A DNA stretch of 64,000 nucleotides from Obrimoposthia wandeli (GCA_977020255.1 CDROCS010000410.1:248001-312000); one strand, 5' to 3'. Positions 28,533-37,058 are shown, numbered from the stretch's first letter. Numbers and translations are program-made. The notes: generated from the sequence alone by a model not told the origin.

Positions 28533-29063
28533 CGCAGTTCTCAATTTAGGCCAATGATCTAACCAACCTTTCGACGTTACACGGTCACTGAAGATTTCCA
28601 AAGAACGCTTAGGATTATGTGTAACCTGCAAATTAAACAACGATTCAAAACCAAATGCAGAAATACATTCGTACTTACCATTGTCTAATTTTCGTATTGC
28701 GACCGCCGTTTCTTTTTCTGGCCAATAACTCATTGCGTCGATGATACTTAGATACGGTTTATCACCATTTCTTTTGTGCATCATTGCTTGATTACGCACT
28801 TCCCAGTTCAATTCTGGCATCAACGCAGAAAGCTGAGATTCGATTAGTTTGTAGCTTTCAGGGGTAGATTCCGTGTCATCGAAATAAATAACGTCAACGT
28901 CATTCAAAGCCGTTGATACTGGTTTCTGATGCAAATGATCCCACACCAAGTTTCGGACGAAACCAGCGGCTAAATAACAATAAGATAAATTGAGCTGCCG
29001 AACACAATCAAGAGCCTTAACTCTCAATTCATCTTTCTCAATTAATGTGATGATTCTATCCAT
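28527..29063 (-). CDS. Cassette 6: nucleotidyltransferase family protein (DUF925)
   Basis: LAAGFVRNLVWD.LH, NDVDVIYFD, WEVRNQA.MH.RN.D.PY....DAM.YWPE..TAVA. Confidence 0.88.
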   Translation of the reverse strand: MDRIITLIEKDELRVKALDCVRQLNLSYCYLAAGFVRNLVWDHLHQKPVSTALNDVDVIYFDDTESTPESYKLIESQLSALMPELNWEVRNQAMMHKRNGDKPYLSIIDAMSYWPEKETAVAIRKLDNGKYECISAFGFESLFNLQVTHNPKRSLEIFSDRVTSKGWLDHWPKLRTAL

Positions 29064-29070
29064 ACCCACC

Positions 29071-29085
29071 CTGCATTATGTTTTA
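29071..29085 (-). mobile_element. attC5 deletion scar (cassettes 5 and 6 fused)
   Basis: TAAAACATAA (end expected for cassette 5) joined to ATAATGCAG (start expected for cassette 6, GTTATAACGCAG) through shared ATAA. Confidence 0.75.
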
Positions 29086-29730
29086 CCAACATAGTTCATA
29101 CGAACCGTTTTTGTTTTCAATTGCCAGTTCTGAAAAGCTATTAACAATTAAATCAGCTAAAGCTAATTCAGATTCTTTATGACTAGTTAATATGGCGACA
29201 GTAAAACACCCTGCTTCTTTAGCTGATTTGATACCTGCGGGCGAATCTTCAAAGGCAACACAGCTCATCGCGTTCAAACCTAATTTTTCAGCTGCAAGCG
29301 CAAATGGTTCTGGATGTGGCTTACCAAAGCGAACATCTTCAGCACATATCATGGTCTCAGGTAACTTGAACCCAGATGCACGTAAACTTGTCTCAGCAAC
29401 TTTTCTTGGACCACTCGTTGCTATTGCCCACGAACTCTTAGGTATGTTTTCTACAAAACTTAATGCTCCATCAATTTCAGTAGCTGATTCCATTGCTTTT
29501 ATTGCGATTCTTTTAACTACATTTTCTTCATGCACATTTGCATATTTAGAACCGACTAATTCTAAAGTTTCGCAAATTTTTCTGCCGTGAACGTGTGGAT
29601 ATACAATTGAAAACTCAACTCCATTTTGCCCAGCCCACTCTTTCCAAATATTATTTATAACCAGTGTAGTGTTTACAAGAGTTGCATCTACATCAAATAT
29701 AAAACCATTACATGAATGTTTATTTATCAA
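29083..29730 (-). CDS. Cassette 5: HAD-IA family sugar-phosphatase-like hydrolase
   Basis: FDVDATLVNT (motif I variant), ATSG, GKPHPEPF, FEDSPAGI. Confidence 0.9.
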   Translation of the reverse strand: MINKHSCNGFIFDVDATLVNTTLVINNIWKEWAGQNGVEFSIVYPHVHGRKICETLELVGSKYANVHEENVVKRIAIKAMESATEIDGALSFVENIPKSSWAIATSGPRKVAETSLRASGFKLPETMICAEDVRFGKPHPEPFALAAEKLGLNAMSCVAFEDSPAGIKSAKEAGCFTVAILTSHKESELALADLIVNSFSELAIENKNGSYELCW

Positions 29731-29770
29731 ATCTATTCCTTAAATGTGCAACTACGAAAATGGCAATAAA

Positions 29771-29868
29771 ACATAACGCCCTGTTAATAGGCAAAAAAAG
29801 TTGGTTAAAATTAGCGACGAAGGAGCAAAACCAACTGTTTTTTGTCCTTGTTTAACAGCTTGTTATGT
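29771..29868 (-). mobile_element. attC4 (98 bp, intact)
   Basis: ACATAACAAGCTGTTAAACAAGG ... CCTATTAACAGGGCGTTATGT. Confidence 0.9.
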
Positions 29869-30393
29869 TTTGGTAACTTCACTATAAAAACGGTCAAGAC
29901 CTTCACTCAACATAGAGTGGCAATCATTGTCTTGACTAATATCTCCGTCGAGTAACACACTACCTAATAATGGTATTGAAACATAAGCAACATCAATGAT
30001 AATTCCCGACATGGTAGTTAACACCTCCTTTAATGACTCTAATGCATGAGTAGCTCGTGGGGATGTATTGATTAACATAATGGGAATTTCAGGAAACTCA
30101 GAACTACTTACTAACCAATCTAACACGTTTTTCATTGGTGCACTGATGCCGTGCGCATACTCTGGGCTTGATATAATTAAACCCGAAGACGATTTAATTT
30201 CAGATTTTATTTTATCGAGTGCTGGAATAAATTCAGATTCTAAGTCAGGGTTAAACAAAGGTAACTGGCTAATGTCACCAATTACAATATCAATATGGTC
30301 AGGTGAGTTTTGTGCTAAAGCCTTCAAAGCGGCTGAATTGTATGATGCTTCTCGAAGGCTCCCTGATAATGCGAAAAATTTAATTCTATCCAT
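29863..30393 (-). CDS. Cassette 4: NADPH-dependent FMN reductase (true start likely 30393, MDRIKF)
   Basis: ALSGSLREASYNS, SPEYAHG...PMKN.LDWL; ORF extension to 30516 crosses attC3. Confidence 0.9.
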   Translation of the reverse strand: MDRIKFFALSGSLREASYNSAALKALAQNSPDHIDIVIGDISQLPLFNPDLESEFIPALDKIKSEIKSSSGLIISSPEYAHGISAPMKNVLDWLVSSSEFPEIPIMLINTSPRATHALESLKEVLTTMSGIIIDVAYVSIPLLGSVLLDGDISQDNDCHSMLSEGLDRFYSEVTKT

Positions 30394-30416
30394 AGAGCAC
30401 CAATACCATGAGAAAA

Positions 30417-30464
30417 ACATAACGCCAAGCTTGCTGCGTCCAAAGCTTGAGCGCCTTGTTAAAT
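30417..30464 (-). mobile_element. attC3, abnormally short (48 bp), probably internally deleted
   Basis: ATTTAACAAGGCGCTCAAGCTTTGGACGCAGCAAGCTTGGCGTTATGT; L' arm incomplete. Confidence 0.75.
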
Positions 30465-30469
30465 TGCTA

Positions 30470-30814
30470 CTACGCAGCACTTGCGCCACACCCTTCAAAT
30501 TCACAACCAGCGTCATGGCCTATCTGTATAAGGTAATCTACCCATTTCAGTAGTTGTTCTTCTGACCAAGTGATGGGGCCTGAGCTTCCAGAAATTATGA
30601 AGGACTTTTTAAAAAAGCCTTCGCTACTAACTTTAAGAGAATAATCGGTTAGCTCAGATTGCAAAGCTGCAACGGCTGCCTTAGCTTTAGTGCTGAAATG
30701 AAAATCGAAATCCAATGGGGACTCTTCGGTTACACCATGCTCTAAAAGCTGCTTCCATACCTCAGCAGTCCTAACCAGATGTCCCATTCTATAATCTTCG
30801 AATTCATTACTCAT
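30470..30814 (-). CDS. Cassette 3: RraB-like domain protein
   Basis: L.EHGV.....L.FDFHF ... G...GCEFEG.GA; AAGGA SD. Confidence 0.6.
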   Translation of the reverse strand: MSNEFEDYRMGHLVRTAEVWKQLLEHGVTEESPLDFDFHFSTKAKAAVAALQSELTDYSLKVSSEGFFKKSFIISGSSGPITWSEEQLLKWVDYLIQIGHDAGCEFEGCGASAA

Positions 30815-30830
30815 TCGCTGGTTCCTTGCA

Positions 30831-30890
30831 ATTTAACGCCTAAAGCATGGGCGCGGGCTTTTTCGCGTCCCATGCCTTTAATTGTTAGGT
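30831..30890 (-). mobile_element. attC2 (60 bp, intact, short 59-be type)
   Basis: ACCTAACAATTAAAGGCATGGGACGCGAAAAAGCCCGCGCCCATGCTTTAGGCGTTAAAT. Confidence 0.9.
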
Positions 30891-31301
30891 AGAGACTGCC
30901 TCTTCTACCCGATTATTTTCCAATTTACTACGGACCAAATCTGATAATTTCAAATAACGGTCAGCTCCATTCTTTGGTGGTCTATTCGGTCTTTCAAATG
31001 ACGAAGGTTCTTGTAACTCTTCAGTATCCCAGAATTGATCGCCAGTTGAATCGAATGACGTACCACCTGGTAACTCGTTTGAGTAATGAACGCCAACTTG
31101 CTCTTCACCCACAAACACCTTCCATAGAACCAGTTTTCCACCAAAATAGTCATTAATTATGAGCGATGACATTCCGCATTGCCCACGGCTCGGGTTGGAT
31201 GGATTCCAATTTTCTGGCTCATCGGTGCTTTCTACGGACCAGCTATCCTGAAGAGCTTTTAATACTTCATCTAGACTTGGATTCATACGTACTACTTGCA
31301 T
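30885..31301 (-). CDS. Cassette 2: YunG-like protein with a putative Cys-His-Asp triad
   Basis: AL..SWS.ES....W...NPSRGQC...SL...D.FGG ... VHY.N ... FDST..QF. Confidence 0.65.
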   Translation of the reverse strand: MQVVRMNPSLDEVLKALQDSWSVESTDEPENWNPSNPSRGQCGMSSLIINDYFGGKLVLWKVFVGEEQVGVHYSNELPGGTSFDSTGDQFWDTEELQEPSSFERPNRPPKNGADRYLKLSDLVRSKLENNRVEEAVST

Positions 31302-31311
31302 TTCCTTAGCT

Positions 31312-31438
31312 ACCTAACGCCTGCATAACACGTTTGCTACTATACAGACTTACTCGAATTTTAACGCCTTAATCACTGAAACTAAAGACAAACTGACAAC
31401 GCCGAGTGTAGCAAATCGTGTTGATGCATTTGTTATAC
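31312..31438 (-). mobile_element. attC1 (127 bp, intact, VCR-like)
   Basis: GTATAACAAATGCATCAACACGATTTGCTAC ... GTAGCAAACGTGTTATGCAGGCGTTAGGT. Confidence 0.92.
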
Positions 31439-31984
31439 CGTAAGACTTTCTGAGTACATTTTTCGGTATGAACGATGCTCTAAGTCCATAGAACTCAGGC
31501 CAAACTTACTTGCTAAAACAATCAGTTCAGACCGATAACTTTCAAGTAGACTTTCATCGTCAGTCATAATCGCAAATTCAGCAAAATCACCTAACCCATT
31601 AAGATTATCGACAGTAATATGAAATTTACCAACAAAGTAAATACTACGCGTTTTCTTCATGGCTAAAACAACATGGTAGCCCATTGTATTAAGCATACTT
31701 TTCGCTTTATTGGCATCGGTGATATTCGTTGCTTCACAACGGTCAGCCTCTGGTCCTTTGACTATCCAAAGTTTAATTCCAGACGGTTCCATTTCACGAA
31801 TACAAAGGCTTTTATTTTCAGCCAAAAGTACTTGTTCAGGAGTATCAAAGTAACAATCAGATTCTAAGTTATCTTCAAGCATTACTTCGTACATCATTGA
31901 ATTTAATATAGTTAAAAACTGAAATTTAGACTTCAGCCTATATTTCAACTCTACTTCAAACTTACCTTCAAAATGTTCTGACAT
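31433..31984 (-). CDS. Cassette 1: CYTH / class IV adenylate cyclase family protein
   Basis: EVELKY (ExExK), D.YFD, LCIR, K.R..Y......ITVD....LG.FAE. Confidence 0.88.
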   Translation of the reverse strand: MSEHFEGKFEVELKYRLKSKFQFLTILNSMMYEVMLEDNLESDCYFDTPEQVLLAENKSLCIREMEPSGIKLWIVKGPEADRCEATNITDANKAKSMLNTMGYHVVLAMKKTRSIYFVGKFHITVDNLNGLGDFAEFAIMTDDESLLESYRSELIVLASKFGLSSMDLEHRSYRKMYSESLTV

Positions 31985-32065
31985 CGAATCACTACTTACT
32001 TAAAATGATAAAGAAGACTAGATTAGCACGCCAATTCACGGATTTCAGTTAACTACGTTCGATTA

Positions 32066-32095
32066 CGGTATAACATTTGTATAGTAGGACGTCTC
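32066..32095 (-). mobile_element. attI site; crossover G^TT between 32074 and 32073
   Basis: Minus strand CCTACTATACAAAT-G^TTATACCG; TTATACCG is the exact complement of cassette 1's inverse core CGGTATAAC; no palindrome upstream; resembles attI L-spacer-R (CTAAAACAAAGTT). Confidence 0.8.
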
Positions 32096-32254
32096 GATCT
32101 CCCAAATCCGTTCACCACTACAAAGTACAATCAATCGACTGAAAACTAAGACTATACTTCAAATAGCGTAAATACTTCTTTTTGGGAAAACGAGCCATCC
32201 TGTAAATTAATTTTTGAGTCTTGTTAATTAAAATAAAAACTCGCTATGTGCCTG

Positions 32255-32283
32255 AGTATATTAACTTAAATTTTTAATAACAA
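32255..32283 (-). promoter_or_regulatory. Candidate cassette promoter Pc
   Basis: Minus strand TTGTTA-N17-TATACT pointing toward attI. Confidence 0.4.
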
Positions 32284-32341
32284 GCTAAACAAGACTGTTT
32301 TCTGACAAACCGTGATTGCAATTATAAGAATATGAATAACA

Positions 32342-32357
32342 CTGTATATAACATCAG
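32342..32357. promoter_or_regulatory. LexA box in the intI promoter
   Basis: CTGTATATAACATCAG = CTG-N10-CAG, 18 bp upstream of the intI ATG; SOS control of integron integrases is established. Confidence 0.9.
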
Positions 32358-32375
32358 TTAAATGGAGTTATGTAT

Positions 32376-32450
32376 ATGTCAGCAAGTCCGTTCATTGAAT
32401 CGATCAGATCTGAGATGCGTTTAAGGGGTTATAGTATACGCACAGAAAAG
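32376..32450 (+). pseudogene. intI: Integron integrase 5' remnant, 25 codons: MSASPFIESIRSEMRLRGYSIRTEK; reads on into unrelated sequence and stops at 32504
   Basis: Typical IntI N-terminus (SPF...R..R.R.YS.RTE); GGAG SD; LexA box; divergent from attI and cassettes. Confidence 0.88.
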
Positions 32451-32578
32451 GCCTGTTACTCTAGGAGTAACAGGCCTTATGAAGTTAACCTAGTTCAGTA
32501 CTGACGTACTAGCCTAATTACTCTTCAGTAGCTTCTTCAGCACTGTCTTCAACATCAATTGCGTTCTCATCGATTACA
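32446..32578 (-). repeat. Diverged second copy of the gyrA 3' tail plus terminator (IDENAIDVEDSAEEATEE*)
   Basis: Aligns with 32732-32950: terminator stem, intergenic segment, AEEATEE* and IDENAI codons; about 24 codons shorter than the active tail. Confidence 0.92.
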
Positions 32579-32596
32579 GTACATATTAACCTTCGG

Positions 32597-32692
32597 TTAC
32601 ATAGTACCGCTTGCCACTTTGTAGTAGACCCCAGCAAAAAGTCCTGCGAATACCAAAACCGTTAATAAGATCTTTATCCAAATATATTTCAT
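32597..32692 (-). CDS. 31-aa single-TM small protein MKYIWIKILLTVLVFAGLFAGVYYKVASGTM (absent from ORF track)
   Basis: AGGTGG SD upstream; clean N-in hydrophobic helix; fills the space between the two gyrA tails. Confidence 0.55.
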   Translation of the reverse strand: MKYIWIKILLTVLVFAGLFAGVYYKVASGTM

Positions 32693-32730
32693 AATTTTCA
32701 AATCCCACCTAAAGAGTAAATATTAAAAAT

Positions 32731-32765
32731 AAAAAAGGCCTGTCACTCTAGGAGTAACAGGCCTT
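32731..32765 (-). terminator. gyrA rho-independent terminator
   Basis: Minus strand AAGGCCTGTTACTC-CTA-GAGTGACAGGCCTT followed by TTTT. Confidence 0.9.
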
Positions 32766-32807
32766 ATGAAGTTAATCTAGTTTAGTACATCGCTGCACTA
32801 CCCTTAA

Positions 32808-35537
32808 TTACTCTTCTGTAGCTTCTTCAGCATCATCTGCAACATCAGTTGGTGCTGCATCCGTTGTTGTAGCTGGAACTTCTGTTGCTGTTTCAGCATT
32901 TTCTGCATCTTCAACAACAATTGCGTTCTCATCAATTTCAACTTCATCGATACGTTGTAAACCAACAACTAGCTCATCTTCACCAGTACGGATTAGACGA
33001 ACACCTTGCGTGTTACGACCAACAGTAGATACTTCAGAAGCACGTGTTCTAACTAACGTGCCACCATTAGTAATAAGCATAATCTCATCACCGTCAAGTA
33101 CCTGCGTTGCGCCAACAACTTTACCGTTACGTTCACTCACTTTAATTGACACAACACCCTTAGTACCGCGACTCTTCGCTGGGTATTCTGCAAGTTCAGT
33201 TCGTTTACCGTAACCGTTTTCAGTTGCCGTTAAGATAGCACCATCGTTCTTCGGTACAATCAGTGACACAACTTTTTGGCCTTCGTCAAGTTTGATACCA
33301 CGAACACCAGTCGCTGTACGACCCATAGGACGTACACCTTTAAACTTAATCTCAGGCTTACCGTTTTCATCTAGAACCGGGTTACCTTCTTCATCAAGTA
33401 CAGGTGTTTCTTCAAACTCGCAGAAACGTACTACTTTACCTTCATCCGAGAACAACATAATGTCGTTAGTACCATCAGTAATATCAACACCGATTAGTTC
33501 ATTCCCTTCATTCAGGTTAACAGCAATGATACCGCCAGCACGAGGCTTGCTATATGCACTTAATGCTGTTTTCTTCACTGTACCATTCGCCGTTGCCATG
33601 AAGACAAATTTGTCATCTTCAAACTCAGACACAGGTAGGATCGCAGTAATACGCTCACCTTCTTCCAGTGGTAGTAAGTTAACAATTGGCTTACCACGGG
33701 CTTGACGACTAGCTAACGGTAATTGATATACCTTCATCCAGTACAAGCGACCACGGCTTGAGAAGCAAAGAATATGATCATGTGTATTAGCAACTAGCAG
33801 ACGTTCGATGAAATCTTCTTCTTTCATCTTCGTCGCTGATTTACCTTTACCACCACGACGCTGTGCTTCGTAATCAGTAAGAGGCTGATACTTAACATAA
33901 CCTTCGTGAGAAAGTGTCACTACAACATCTTCACGTTCGATTAAGTCTTCTAAGTTAATATCAGCACTGCTTGCAGAAATCTCTGTACGACGATCGTCAC
34001 CAAATGCATCTTTTGAAGCTTGTAGCTCTTCAGTGATCACTTCTAGTAAACGCGCAGGCGTATTCAAGATGTATAGTAATTCTGCAATAGCCTCGAGTAA
34101 TTCTTTGTATTCGTTAAGAATTTTCTCGTGTTCTAGACCTGTTAGTTTGTGTAAACGTAAGTCAAGGATTGCTTGAGCTTGAATTTCAGTTAAGAAATAC
34201 GAACCTTCACGAATACCGAACTCAGCTTCTAACCATTCAGGTCGAGCAGCATCATCACCAGCACGTTCTAACATTGCAGCTACATCACCTAACTGCCAGC
34301 CGCGGCTGATCAAGGCTTGTTTTGCTTCTGCAGATGTAGGCGATTGCTTAATTAAGGCAATGATTTCATCAATATTTGCTAGTGCAATCGCTAACGACTC
34401 AAGGATATGAGCACGTTCACGCGCTTTACGCAGTTCAAATACAGTACGACGTGTAACAACTTCACGACGATGACGTAAGAACGCATCTAGCATTTCTTTT
34501 AACGTGAAAATCTTTGGTTGTTTGTCGATCAATGCAACCATGTTTATACCAAACACAATTTGCATACGTGTTTGCGCATAAAGGTTGTTTAATACAACTT
34601 CACCAACAGCATCACGTTTAACTTCAACAACCATACGCATACCATCTTTATCAGATTCGTCGCGTAAAGCACTAATGCCTTCAATTTTCTTATCTTTCAC
34701 AAACTCAGCAATACTTTCAATCAAGCGTGCTTTGTTTACTTGGTACGGTAGTTCGTGAACAACGATGGTTTCTCTACCACGTTCGTTGACTTCAATATCT
34801 GCGCGAGCACGGATATGAATTCGACCACGACCAGTACGGTAAGCTTGCTCGATGCCTGCTTTACCATTAATGATACCGTTTGTTGGGAAATCTGGGCCTG
34901 GAATGTATTCCATTAATTCTTCAAGACTTAGGTCTGGATTTTGAATTAATGCTAAACAACCATTAATCACCTCGTTCAAATTGTGAGGAGGGATATTTGT
35001 TGCCATACCTACGGCAATACCTGACGAACCATTAACCAAAAGGTTAGGAATTCGTGTTGGCATAACTTCCGGAATGAATTCAGTACCATCATAGTTAGGT
35101 ACAAAATCAACCGTTTCCTTGTCTAAATCAGCAAGTAATTCATGCGCAATTTTTGACATTCTGATTTCTGTATAACGCATTGCGGCTGCAGAATCACCGT
35201 CAACAGAACCGAAGTTACCTTGACCATCTACCAGCATGTAGCGCAAAGAGAAAGGCTGCGCCATACGTACGATAGTGTCATAAACAGCTGTATCACCATG
35301 TGGGTGATATTTACCGATTACATCACCAACAACACGTGCTGATTTTTTATATGGTTTATTCCAATCATTCTTCAATTCGTTCATTGCGAATAAAACGCGG
35401 CGGTGAACTGGCTTTAGGCCATCGCGAACATCAGGAAGAGCACGACCTACGATAACGCTCATAGCGTAATCTAAATAAGAATTTTTTAATTCTTCTTCAA
35501 TATTGATAGGTGTGATTTCTGTGGCTAAATTACTCAT
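32808..35537 (-). CDS. gyrA: DNA gyrase subunit A
   Basis: [26 protein letters not shown] (catalytic Tyr), GyrA-box QRRGGKG, beta-pinwheel CTD, acidic tail. Confidence 0.99.
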   Translation of the reverse strand: MSNLATEITPINIEEELKNSYLDYAMSVIVGRALPDVRDGLKPVHRRVLFAMNELKNDWNKPYKKSARVVGDVIGKYHPHGDTAVYDTIVRMAQPFSLRYMLVDGQGNFGSVDGDSAAAMRYTEIRMSKIAHELLADLDKETVDFVPNYDGTEFIPEVMPTRIPNLLVNGSSGIAVGMATNIPPHNLNEVINGCLALIQNPDLSLEELMEYIPGPDFPTNGIINGKAGIEQAYRTGRGRIHIRARADIEVNERGRETIVVHELPYQVNKARLIESIAEFVKDKKIEGISALRDESDKDGMRMVVEVKRDAVGEVVLNNLYAQTRMQIVFGINMVALIDKQPKIFTLKEMLDAFLRHRREVVTRRTVFELRKARERAHILESLAIALANIDEIIALIKQSPTSAEAKQALISRGWQLGDVAAMLERAGDDAARPEWLEAEFGIREGSYFLTEIQAQAILDLRLHKLTGLEHEKILNEYKELLEAIAELLYILNTPARLLEVITEELQASKDAFGDDRRTEISASSADINLEDLIEREDVVVTLSHEGYVKYQPLTDYEAQRRGGKGKSATKMKEEDFIERLLVANTHDHILCFSSRGRLYWMKVYQLPLASRQARGKPIVNLLPLEEGERITAILPVSEFEDDKFVFMATANGTVKKTALSAYSKPRAGGIIAVNLNEGNELIGVDITDGTNDIMLFSDEGKVVRFCEFEETPVLDEEGNPVLDENGKPEIKFKGVRPMGRTATGVRGIKLDEGQKVVSLIVPKNDGAILTATENGYGKRTELAEYPAKSRGTKGVVSIKVSERNGKVVGATQVLDGDEIMLITNGGTLVRTRASEVSTVGRNTQGVRLIRTGEDELVVGLQRIDEVEIDENAIVVEDAENAETATEVPATTTDAAPTDVADDAEEATEE

Positions 35538-35796
35538 ATAAGCCTTTACCCCTAAGTTTTAAAGTGCTTTCTATTATATTTTTTAGAGATTCATTCTAGC
35601 ATAATATTTACCAGCAAATACAATATATAAGAAAATTAACTCGGTTGATTACGATTTTATTAACCGCTTAGCAAATTATTTATTGGTCGGCTCACAAATA
35701 ATACTTCTGAAATCATTTTCTCGTTATATACTGTGCCCATATTTTTATATTTCGCCCTATTCTTTTTCACCTTATTAACGTATCAAGAAGACTTTT

Positions 35797-36495
35797 ATGA
35801 ATGTAGATAAACAGGAAATCGCTAAATTTGAAGCCATGGCCAGTCGTTGGTGGGATCCAGCAGGTGACTTCAAGCCATTACATCAAATCAATCCATTACG
35901 CTTAGACTACATTGATGAGCGTAGTGGCGGTTTATTTGGTAAAAGAGTTCTTGATGTTGGCTGTGGTGGCGGTATCTTAACCGAAAGCATGGCTCGCCGC
36001 GGCGCACAAGCATTAGGCGTTGATATGGGTAAAGAGCCCCTCAACGTAGCTAAACTGCACGCACTTGAAACCGGTACGGAAGTTGAATACCGTCAAGTGT
36101 TAATCGAAGAGCTAGCCGACGAACAGCCAAACAGCTTTGATGTCATTACTTGTATGGAAATGCTAGAGCACGTACCGGATCCAGGTTCAGTCGTTAATGC
36201 CTGTATGCGCTTAGTTAAACCAGGTGGCCATGTATTTTTCTCGACGATTAACCGTAATTTAAAATCATACTTATTCATGATTGTTGGTGCCGAGAAGATT
36301 ATGAAAATGATGCCTAACGGTACGCATGACCATAAGAAATTTATTCGTCCTTCTGAACTGCTGCATTGGGTTGACCAATCAGGCTTATATTGTCACCACA
36401 TGACAGGCCTGCATTACATTCCAATCGTTGACCAGTTCAAACTCGGCGAGAATGTTGACGTTAACTATATGCTGCACACACAGCTTATTGATTAA
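35797..36495 (+). CDS. ubiG: 3-demethylubiquinol / 2-polyprenyl-6-hydroxyphenol O-methyltransferase
   Basis: [48 protein letters not shown]; conserved gyrA-ubiG-nrdA synteny. Confidence 0.98.
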   Translation: MNVDKQEIAKFEAMASRWWDPAGDFKPLHQINPLRLDYIDERSGGLFGKRVLDVGCGGGILTESMARRGAQALGVDMGKEPLNVAKLHALETGTEVEYRQVLIEELADEQPNSFDVITCMEMLEHVPDPGSVVNACMRLVKPGGHVFFSTINRNLKSYLFMIVGAEKIMKMMPNGTHDHKKFIRPSELLHWVDQSGLYCHHMTGLHYIPIVDQFKLGENVDVNYMLHTQLID

Positions 36496-36506
36496 TAGAT
36501 ACTGAG

Positions 36507-36537
36507 TTCACCTGACAGCGCCTTGCTGTTGGGTGAA
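36507..36537 (+). terminator. Hairpin downstream of ubiG
   Basis: TTCACCTGACAGC-GCCTT-GCTGTTGGGTGAA; weak U-tract. Confidence 0.5.
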
Positions 36538-37038
36538 TGTATTGCTGTTAAGTGAATGTATTACCATTCGCTATTGCCTCCTTATATAGCTCTATTTTCT
36601 TTTATACTTCTATTTATCCTTGTTTATGCTGCCAGTTTTTTGCTTGTACACTTCTGTTATCTTCCTTTATGTACTTTTTTATATCGTTTTATTATATTTC
36701 TTCTATCTCTATATATGCATAAATACAACGCCATAAATCCTGACTATCTCTGCGTTCCAATATAAGTAAACACTCTCTACTTTAGAGGTAATACGAAACT
36801 TGCTGCATACAAAATGACATAATTGTTGTTAATAATAACCGCCTGACAAAATTCTAATATAATACTTGCATGGTAGTTTTCTAAACTAATTAGCTGTAAA
36901 TATAATCAAATTATTTGAGGATCATCACACAAGTGTGGCAACTCTTTTTTTTCTTTTTTTTTTCACTTTCACTGTTGATTTTTGCTAACCGTAATTGATC
37001 ACTGAGGCCAGAATGTAAGTCGCTACTAACTCACTAAA

Positions 37039-37058
37039 TTATCCACATGTTATTCACT
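37039..37058 (+). promoter_or_regulatory. Two DnaA boxes upstream of nrdA
   Basis: TTATCCACA (perfect, 37039-47) and TTATTCACT (37050-58); DnaA control of nrdAB is established in E. coli. Confidence 0.75.

Larger units (their letters stand above)
26804..32450 (-). mobile_element. Sedentary chromosomal integron relic: truncated intI (+), attI and 9 gene cassettes (-)
   Basis: Divergent intI fragment with LexA box; every gene is followed by an RYYYAAC...GTTRRRY palindrome or its remnant; cassette start and end cores are mutually complementary over 9-11 bp. Confidence 0.93.

Noticed and set aside
29863-30553. Long N-terminal extension of the FMN reductase and the antisense 161-aa ORF 30068-30553
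   Set aside because: The extension crosses attC3 and overlaps cassette 3; the antisense ORF is a shadow of a well-supported gene
26804-31438. Recurrent intergenic palindromes as CRISPR, REP or plain terminators
   Set aside because: They have RYYYAAC/GTTRRRY cores, cassette-wise complementarity and an adjoining attI/intI, so they are attC sites
36556-36765. 69-aa hydrophobic ORF on the plus strand
   Set aside because: No SD; the F/L/Y/I composition is what a T-rich low-complexity tract yields
36560-36790. CsrB/RsmZ-type sRNA
   Set aside because: Only about 5 GGA motifs, not in evident hairpin loops, and no U-tailed terminator on that strand; kept only as a low-interest finding
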